Part shown: piece after piece, positions 57,323-64,000 of the stretch
Layout: every line of letters starts with the position of its first letter
How positions within the stretch are numbered: position 1 is the first letter of the stretch
Source: an uncultured Alphaproteobacteria bacterium
GTDB taxonomy: Bacteria; Pseudomonadota; Alphaproteobacteria; Rs-D84
Length of the DNA: 64,000 nucleotides
Direction: 5' to 3'
Assembly: GCA_944392815.1 (NCBI GenBank)
Contig: CALXXY010000004.1
Span: 23,064 to 87,063, forward strand
Notes under the pieces: model-generated
What the model was told of the DNA's origin: nothing
Database searches by the model: none
The model's input: only the letters and a program-made list of their open reading frames with translations
Translations under genes and position numbers: made by a program

Positions 57323-57843
57323 TCAGAAATATTTTTCTATTCCTTGGCGGAACTGGTCGGTAAATATCGTTTTGAAATACGACCAATCGTTCTGCTCGTA
57401 AAATATATCATGCCTTTCTTATATTCTATCTCGTCCGCACTGCGATATGATAACGGACAATAGTCAGCAGCCAACAATAATGCATTTCCAACCGTACGTG
57501 CTGTGCGCTTGTTTCCGTCTTCAAACGGTTGGATATACGAAATCAGCAATGTGTCGCCTCCACCAACATATATGATATCAGTGTTATCTAAAATTTTTCG
57601 AATATTATCTATGGTCGGAGGATTGTTGATTAAACGCAGTTCTGAAACATTAGCCCCCAAGGATTGAAAATGCGTTATCAGGAAATCTGTATAAGACGGC
57701 AAATCGTTGTCTTGCAGAGCCTTTTTAATGTCTGGGTCTTCGTATTCCCACGCCAAAAAAGCAATCATTAGCGCCTGGTTAAAGCGCTGTCTGAATTTTG
57801 TGTTTTTCCAAGTAAAATCAAAAAACTTATCAAAGTTATTCAT
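57323..57843 (-). pseudogene. Chimeric remnant: peptidase E (S51) 5' part fused to Fic 3' part, frameshifted
   Basis: DIIYVGGGDT then directly YIQPFEDGNKRTAR; a 1-nt frameshift near 57400 restores YEQNDWSYFKTIFTDQFRQGIEKYF*. Confidence 0.8.
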
Positions 57844-57901
57844 GGTAAAAATCCTTTTGCCTCAGCATAGCAAAATCCAGGACATATGCAATTTTTTATT
57901 G

Positions 57902-58010
57902 AAAAAAACGGGGCTTGCGCCCCAGGGGATCCGTAATTGGTTTACCCCACAGAAAATATTCTTTATTATATAAACGGTTGCTTCTCAAATCGTCCGTTGA
58001 ATAAAGATTT
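57902..58010 (-). ncRNA. tracrRNA
   Basis: 19-nt anti-repeat at 57976-57994; minus strand GACGATTTGAGAAGCAACCGTTTATATAATAAAGAATATTTTCTGTGGGGTAAACCAATTACGGATCCCCTGGGGCGCAAGCCCCGTTTTTTT ends in hairpin plus U-tract; 5' end approximate. Confidence 0.88.
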
Positions 58011-58113
58011 CTATGAGAGATATGTTATATTAAACTTATTTGTTTTTCAAGTTTTTTTATTGCTTTTTTGCTAATGTTTTATACCATATGAAAAACGATG
58101 CACGGAGTTAAAA

Positions 58114-61044
58114 ATGTCAAAGATTTTTGGGTTTGATTTAGGTGTTGCTAGTATTGGCTGGGCTGTTGTGGAATTGCCAGATGTTCCAGATAATGTTGTT
58201 CTGGATGAAAGTAATAGGCTTGAAGGTAAAATTTTGGGTGCCGGGGTGCGTTGTTTTGATACCGCACTTAATGGTCAAGATCGCAGAAATGCAAGGTCAA
58301 TGCGCCGTAGAATACGTCATCGTGCGCAAAGAATGCGTGAAATACGTGCTTTATTAAGAAGTGAAGGGCTGATAGATATTCCAGAACCAAAACATAACGG
58401 TCATAACAATTTTTATCTGAATAAAGATATAGATGAAAATATTTGGAAACTACGTGCGGTTTCTGCATTTGAACGCCCTTTGAATCAACGAGAAGTTGGG
58501 AGAATTTTATATCATTTGGCTAAGCATCGTGGATATGATGATATTACTTATCCGATAGCACAGGGCGAAGTCAAAGAAAAAGACGGGGAAAAGAGTTCCG
58601 ACGAATTAAAAGCTACTGGATGTATAAAAGATAATCTTTTGCTTTTGAATCAAGAAGGCAATTCTAATAAAACAATGTGTCAGGTTTTATATGCTAAAAA
58701 CCCGAAACAAATGCGTAATCATAAAAATGTTGTTGCGAAAAAGACAAAAAATGGAGAAATAAAATATTCTGAGGAGGCAACGTATACGAATTCTATTCCG
58801 CGTTCGGAAATAAAGCGTGAAGCAGAAATGATTTTGCACGCACAAAAAACTTTCGGAAACGATTTTTCAGATTTGTTTGAAAAATGGGAAAAAATCGCTT
58901 TTCGTCAACGTAAGTTCAATGAATCTGGCTCGCCGATGGCAAAGTCTGTTGATGAAATGCGTGGTCGTTGCATCTTTACAAATGAACCTGTCGCGCCGAA
59001 AGAAGCACCAACAGCTCAGTTGTTTGTTGCGCTTAGTAAATGTAATCAGAATGGTTTTAGTGCCGAACAGATAAAAAAAGTTATAGATGCATTGTATAAG
59101 AAAAAGACAGGTTTATCTTATGCAGATGTAAGAAAGTTGTTGGATTATGATGGTCCGTTTGCCACTTTGAATTACAAGCGTGAATATGACAAAGAAACCA
59201 AGAAATGGTTAGAGCCAGATATAAAAAAGATAGAAAAAGAAAAGTTTGCAACGTTTACCGGATATCATAAATTATGCGATTTTACAGACAATTTGTCTGA
59301 TATGGATAAAATATTTGAAATTATTGCCACGCAAAAAACGCAAAAAAATATAGAGCAAGAAGTTTCAAAGATTTGCCCAGAACACGCAAAACAAATTTCA
59401 GAAATTACAACGTCAAAATTCTTGAATTTATCTCTGACTGCATTGCGTACGCTGGTTCCAGAAATGGAACAGGGAAAGTCATACAGTCAAGCCTGTGAAG
59501 CTCGTGGCTGGAATCATCGGACCTCTGGCGAATCTTTTGTTGATATAACAGACGAAGTTCAGCCGGGATATTTGCGTCGTATAAATTGGGTAAAATTGGG
59601 AAATCGTGTAACTTCACCGGTCGTGAAACGTACACTTTCGCAAATGCATAAAGTCTATAATGCGATGTTTTATCGCTATGGTTGCCCTGATAGAGTTCAT
59701 TTAGAAATTGGTAGGGAATTAAAAAAATCCCCAGATGATATCGCTCGTATAAACAGAGAAATTGAAAAAAATAGAAAAGCCAATGAAGAAGCATATAAGG
59801 AGTATGGAAAACATTTTCACAAGTATAAGCTGTACATGGAACAAAGTGGTCAGTGTATATATTGCGGAAAAAAGTTAGAGGCTGGCTTGTGGGATGCATA
59901 CGAGATAGACCATATTCTGCCATATTCACGTTCTTTGGACAATTCGCAGTCTAATAAAGTTTTGGTCTGTCGCGAATGTAATCAGCGCAAGGGGAATAAA
60001 ACACCGTACGAATTTATGTCAAATCAGGAATTCTTTGAAATGACTGTTCGGGCTCGTGCTTTGAATAATTCAGCAAAATTTAGAAAATTGACGAATATTG
60101 ATTTGCCTTCATCGTATGATGAAAAAAATGACTTTATTGCAAGAAATGCAAATGATAATGCTACAATTGCACGTTTTGCCAGTCAGTATTTAGAGCAGGG
60201 GATTGATTGGGGAAAAGATAATAAAAAACATATATTGGTGCGAACAGGTGCTTTGACAGATTATTTGCGGCATCAGTGGGGATTGGAAAAATCACGTGAA
60301 GAATCAGACAAGCATCATGCCCAAGACGCGATAGTTATTGCTTGTGCAACGCAAGACATGGTCAGATATTTGGCGACATTGTCTGCAAAATTCGAAAATA
60401 AATGGGCTTTGATTGGCGAAAATGGGGAAGCTTGGTATAAACAGTTAAAGAAGTCTATATCAGAACCTTGGACTAATTTCAGGGCAGATGTTTTGTCTTG
60501 TTTGGATTCAGTGTTTGTTTCGCGTCCACCGCGTTGTAATGCAACTGGGCAAGCACATAACGAAACAATTTGTGGAAAAATGAATTCTTACAATACCAAG
60601 AAAAATAGGAACTTGAAAAAGAATCGTGGTGGTGGCACCTTAAATGTTCGTTTTGGTAAGGCTGATCGTGGCAATATGTTCCGTTTTGATATATGGAAAC
60701 AGAAAAACGGAAAACACAAGTGCGTTCCTGTATATGTTTCTGATTTAGTTGAAAAAAACGATGCAAAATTTATAGTCGCAGATGCTGAATTTGTATGTAC
60801 TTTGCACAAGGATGATTATGTAAAGTTAACAACACGTAAAGGCGAAGTTTTTGAAGGCTATATAACTCAAATGGATCATGGCACTAATTTTATTTTATAC
60901 AGACAAGATAATAGCAAGGTACAGGTTGTAAAAAAATCTGTTGGTGAATGCGAAAAAATTGAAAAGTATTCTGTGACTTTGTTGGGAAATAAAAAGTTGG
61001 TCAGATTGCCAGAAAAAAGACAACCCGTTGTAAAAAGTAAATAG
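58114..61044 (+). CDS. cas9: Type II-C Cas9 (976 aa)
   Basis: RuvC-I GFDLGVASIGWA, Arg-rich bridge helix, RuvC-II HLEIGRE, HNH EIDHILPYSRSLDNS..NKVL...CNQRKGNKTP, RuvC-III HHAQDA. Confidence 0.98.
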   Translation: MSKIFGFDLGVASIGWAVVELPDVPDNVVLDESNRLEGKILGAGVRCFDTALNGQDRRNARSMRRRIRHRAQRMREIRALLRSEGLIDIPEPKHNGHNNFYLNKDIDENIWKLRAVSAFERPLNQREVGRILYHLAKHRGYDDITYPIAQGEVKEKDGEKSSDELKATGCIKDNLLLLNQEGNSNKTMCQVLYAKNPKQMRNHKNVVAKKTKNGEIKYSEEATYTNSIPRSEIKREAEMILHAQKTFGNDFSDLFEKWEKIAFRQRKFNESGSPMAKSVDEMRGRCIFTNEPVAPKEAPTAQLFVALSKCNQNGFSAEQIKKVIDALYKKKTGLSYADVRKLLDYDGPFATLNYKREYDKETKKWLEPDIKKIEKEKFATFTGYHKLCDFTDNLSDMDKIFEIIATQKTQKNIEQEVSKICPEHAKQISEITTSKFLNLSLTALRTLVPEMEQGKSYSQACEARGWNHRTSGESFVDITDEVQPGYLRRINWVKLGNRVTSPVVKRTLSQMHKVYNAMFYRYGCPDRVHLEIGRELKKSPDDIARINREIEKNRKANEEAYKEYGKHFHKYKLYMEQSGQCIYCGKKLEAGLWDAYEIDHILPYSRSLDNSQSNKVLVCRECNQRKGNKTPYEFMSNQEFFEMTVRARALNNSAKFRKLTNIDLPSSYDEKNDFIARNANDNATIARFASQYLEQGIDWGKDNKKHILVRTGALTDYLRHQWGLEKSREESDKHHAQDAIVIACATQDMVRYLATLSAKFENKWALIGENGEAWYKQLKKSISEPWTNFRADVLSCLDSVFVSRPPRCNATGQAHNETICGKMNSYNTKKNRNLKKNRGGGTLNVRFGKADRGNMFRFDIWKQKNGKHKCVPVYVSDLVEKNDAKFIVADAEFVCTLHKDDYVKLTTRKGEVFEGYITQMDHGTNFILYRQDNSKVQVVKKSVGECEKIEKYSVTLLGNKKLVRLPEKRQPVVKSK

Positions 61045-61101
61045 TTTACTATATATACTGTATTAGATTGGTGGGAAAGGATACAAACAAAGGCGTTTTT
61101 T

Positions 61102-62016
61102 ATGTCTTGGCGTGTTCTTACCTTGACCAATCCTGGTCGTGTTTGTGTTAAACACAGGCAACTGAATTGGACAGATGAGGCAGGTAATATTCAAAATATT
61201 CCAATAGAAGATATTTCTGTCTTGATCATAGAAAATCCATATATACAAATTTCTTCTGCGGTGTTGGCGGATTTGGCGGCGGCAGGGGCGGTTGTTTTTA
61301 CTTGTGATTCTTCACATTTGCCAAATGGTGCATTGTTTCCATTTCATAACAATTCCAGATATACAGAAAGTGCTTTTGCACAAATAGAATCTTCTTTGCC
61401 ATTTCGTAAGCGTATGTGGCAAGAAATAGTAGTGCAAAAAATAAAAAATCAATCAGCAATTTTAAGATTGGTTGGATCTGGGGCGTATAAAAATTTGGAT
61501 ATACTGGCCAACAGTGTTCAGTCTGGTGATTGTCAAAACATAGAAGGTGTTGCAGCACGTGTATATTGGGGTGCTTTGTGGGAAAAATTTAACAGGAATG
61601 ATATTTCAAATGTAAAAAATCATGCGCTGGATTACGCTTATGCTGTTTTGCGTGGGTGTGTTGCAAGGTGTGTGGTTGGGGCGGGCTTGCTGCCGTTTTA
61701 TGGTATTCATCATTGTAATAAGTTAGATAATTTTTGTTTAGTTGATGATTTGATAGAACCTTGGCGTCCTTTTGCAGATTTTGTAGTTAATAAAATTGAT
61801 TGGACTACAAATGATTCTTTGACTCCGCAAATTAAACAACGCTTGATATCTGTATTGCTGCATGGATGTAATTTTAATGGAAAACAACATTCTATATTGA
61901 ATGCTATGCCGTTGTATGCGGAATCAGTTGCAAGTTGTTTTAAAAATAAAACATTAAAGAATTTGAAATTGCCGACTATTAAATCAGAACCACAGATAAT
62001 AAATACACAGAATTAA
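61102..62016 (+). CDS. cas1: CRISPR-associated Cas1 (type II)
   Basis: IPIEDI, EGVAARVYW, N.ALDYAYAVLRG, GIHH...DDLIEP. Confidence 0.97.
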   Translation: MSWRVLTLTNPGRVCVKHRQLNWTDEAGNIQNIPIEDISVLIIENPYIQISSAVLADLAAAGAVVFTCDSSHLPNGALFPFHNNSRYTESAFAQIESSLPFRKRMWQEIVVQKIKNQSAILRLVGSGAYKNLDILANSVQSGDCQNIEGVAARVYWGALWEKFNRNDISNVKNHALDYAYAVLRGCVARCVVGAGLLPFYGIHHCNKLDNFCLVDDLIEPWRPFADFVVNKIDWTTNDSLTPQIKQRLISVLLHGCNFNGKQHSILNAMPLYAESVASCFKNKTLKNLKLPTIKSEPQIINTQN

Positions 62017-62018
62017 CC

Positions 62019-62351
62019 ATGAAATATAAATATCAGGAAAAGTTTATGCGAATAATAGTATTTTTTGATTTGCCAGTCAGCACAAAAAAGGAACGGTATT
62101 ATGCAACGCGGTTCAGAAATGATTTGTTGAACGATGGCTATTATATGATGCAGTTTTCTGTTTATTCGCGGATGGTAAAGGGGCTTGCGGATGCAGAAAA
62201 GCATATTCAAAGATTGCATAACTTAACCCCGCCATCTGGTTCTGTTCGTGTTTTAACGGTTACAGAAAAACAATTTGCTGATATGTTTTTTCTGGTTGGA
62301 CAACCGCCACAGGCAGAAAAAATCGGAACACAGCAACTATTAATGTTTTGA
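62019..62351 (+). CDS. cas2: CRISPR-associated Cas2
   Basis: FMRIIVFFDLP, YYMMQFSVYSR, LTVTEKQF; no csn2 or cas4 follows. Confidence 0.97.
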   Translation: MKYKYQEKFMRIIVFFDLPVSTKKERYYATRFRNDLLNDGYYMMQFSVYSRMVKGLADAEKHIQRLHNLTPPSGSVRVLTVTEKQFADMFFLVGQPPQAEKIGTQQLLMF

Positions 62352-62416
62352 AAAAACTATTTGTTTTATTAAAAAATAGGCAGAAATTTTTATAAAATTT
62401 TTATGATAAAAACAAT

Positions 62417-62444
62417 AAAAACCCACAAAAAACTGTGGGTTATT
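62417..62444 (-). terminator. Terminator for minus-strand array transcripts
   Basis: Minus strand AATA-ACCCACA-GTTTTT-TGTGGGT-TTTT. Confidence 0.6.
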
Positions 62445-62452
62445 GTTCGTCT

Positions 62453-63280
62453 ATTATATCAAAGACGATTTGAGAAGCAACCTATAACATACCAACTGAC
62501 CCCGGTGTCTTTGTTATAATTATATCAAAGACGATTTGAGAAGCAACCTATAACAATCGCTATTCTGGATTAAATCGTCATCTGATTATATCAAAGACGA
62601 TTTGAGAAGCAACCTATAACGCTATATACCAACAAATACGACACTTTGTAATTATATCAAAGACGATTTGAGAAGCAACCTATAACTATTCTGATACAAA
62701 GTTCCATAATCTCGTCATTATATCAAAGACGATTTGAGAAGCAACCTATAACAAAAAAGGGGATTCGGTTTTGTATGCAAATATTATATCAAAGACGATT
62801 TGAGAAGCAACCTATAACATACCAATGAATAACCTTTCATACCAACTTATTATATCAAAGACGATTTGAGAAGCAACCTATAACCCTGATTTTTTGTTTG
62901 TGTATCGTGTTGCGATTATATCAAAGACGATTTGAGAAGCAACCTATAACAGAGGCAACCGGCCAACCGCTGGACATATTATTATATCAAAGACGATTTG
63001 AGAAGCAACCTATAACAACAGCAACGTGTTTATCAACGCTTGCAATATTATATCAAAGACGATTTGAGAAGCAACCTATAACGCGGTTAAATCGATCGTC
63101 AAGGGCAAGATTATTATATCAAAGACGATTTGAGAAGCAACCTATAACGCATAAACAACCGAATCGCCCTTTTTATGAATTATATCAAAGACGATTTGAG
63201 AAGCAACCTATAACTTAAATCGTATGGTATTTGATTTTATGAAAATTATATCAAAGACGATTTGAGAAGCAACCTATAGA
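62453..63280 (-). CRISPR. CRISPR array: 13 repeats of 36 bp, 12 spacers of 30 bp
   Basis: Repeat on + ATTATATCAAAGACGATTTGAGAAGCAACCTATAAC every 66 bp from 62453 to 63245; last copy ends ...TATAGA (degenerate); crRNA orientation GTTATAGG...TGATATAAT. Confidence 0.99.
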
Positions 63281-63291
63281 TTTTTAAGTTT

Positions 63292-63639
63292 TTATTTAAT
63301 AATCTCGTGTTTGAACCATTGTTCTTGGAATTTGGTTTTTTGTTCTATGAATTGGTTCGTTATCTTTAAGCCGTCTGGAACAACCACCAGTTTATCATCG
63401 TTATCGTTTGTGCGGTGAATAATTGCTACACAACGTCCTGTGAATTCTTTTAATGGTTTGTCTATGCCTAAAACATATGCGTCAAGCTCTTCGCCATCAC
63501 CAGAAACTGTGTTTGGAATGTAACCATAGTTTACTTCGTACACAAAGCCGTGCTTTGGGTGCTTTGTGCCCAATGGTCTGTCCATGACGACAGATACAAT
63601 TTTGTTCAGATAGTCAGAAGATTTGGTTTGGTGTGGCAT
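63292..63639 (-). CDS. ppa: Short family I inorganic pyrophosphatase-like protein
   Basis: YEVNYGYIPNT..GDGEELDAYVLG, DDKLVV; start MPHQTK with AAGGGG RBS. Confidence 0.8.
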   Translation of the reverse strand: MPHQTKSSDYLNKIVSVVMDRPLGTKHPKHGFVYEVNYGYIPNTVSGDGEELDAYVLGIDKPLKEFTGRCVAIIHRTNDNDDKLVVVPDGLKITNQFIEQKTKFQEQWFKHEIIK

Positions 63640-63717
63640 GTTGGGGCCCCTTTTTTCGAAAAGTATCACATATACCCCGAAAAACAAGATAAAAATGGGC
63701 TTCGCTGTTAGCTTATC

Positions 63718-63902
63718 AAATTCCCTGATGTTCGAGGATAATTCCCTGATATGTTATAAAAAAATCCCTGTTATTTTTGTAGGGAACTTTGGGGTGAGTG
63801 GGGCGTAAGTGCCTAGAAAACCGCGGGTGGATTCTAGTACAAGTTGTGTGGATTTTGGTCAAAATACCCGTTTTTTGCAAAAATTCCCTGTTTTTCCCTG
63901 TT
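63718..63902. repeat. Cluster of TCCCTG motifs at the element right end
   Basis: TCCCTG at 63722, 63742, 63765, 63885, 63895; inverted AGGGAA at 63781. Confidence 0.7.
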
Positions 63903-63966
63903 TTTTATTGCAAGGCGTATGTGTTTTAGCCGATTTTGTATGTGCCACAGGGCGCGGTATTTGAAT

Positions 63967-64000
63967 CCGACCAGAAAATCCAACCCGTCGCATTTGCGGC
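63967..64000 (+). repeat. attR-like direct repeat (truncated by window end)
   Basis: CCGACCAGAAAATCCAACCCGTCGCATTTGCGGC, 2 mismatches vs 48941-48974. Confidence 0.88.

Larger units (their letters stand above)
48941..64000. mobile_element. ~15 kb integrative element at tRNA-Pro 3' end carrying CRISPR-Cas9
   Basis: Flanked by a 34-bp direct repeat starting at CCGACCA; large serine recombinase near the left end; visibly more AT-rich, different codon use. Confidence 0.85.

Noticed and set aside
57337-57843. Intact 168-aa bifunctional protein
   Set aside because: Both halves are truncated and the Fic part is frameshifted, so it is treated as a pseudogene
62898-63218. 106-aa ORF with repeated LYQRRFEKQPIT
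   Set aside because: Artefact of the 66-bp CRISPR periodicity
62489-63244. Self-targeting spacers
   Set aside because: No match found by eye (spacer 1 shares only TGACCCCGGT with the 26640 terminator); an exhaustive alignment was not possible

Overview
Chromosomal window from a diderm bacterium. The rpsB, CarD, SSB, BamE and LptB/C sequences look alphaproteobacterial, and PFOR suggests an anaerobic, host-associated lineage; the taxon is inference. 1-48.9 kb is host backbone: alpha-2-macroglobulin/pbpC, rpsB-tsf, tyrS-envC, ctpA, PFOR, bamE, carD, lptCB, ompA, eno, a 1810-aa autotransporter, ssb, rho and arginase. It also holds many Cys-rich secreted orphans, intergenic REP-like repeat clusters, a tRNA-Leu with the unusual anticodon AAG, and phage-type genes without a prophage (an overlapping Rz/Rz1-like spanin pair and a T4 Imm-like gene). 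From the 3' end of tRNA-Pro(TGG) (48941) to a 32/34-bp direct repeat at 63967-64000 lies a ~15 kb integrated element. It carries a large serine recombinase-DUF2924-DUF5681 core, a toxin/effector-like gene pair, and a complete, very compact type II-C CRISPR-Cas9 locus (976-aa Cas9, tracrRNA, cas1, cas2, 13 repeats/12 spacers). Family assignments come from motif recognition by eye; no database searches were run.
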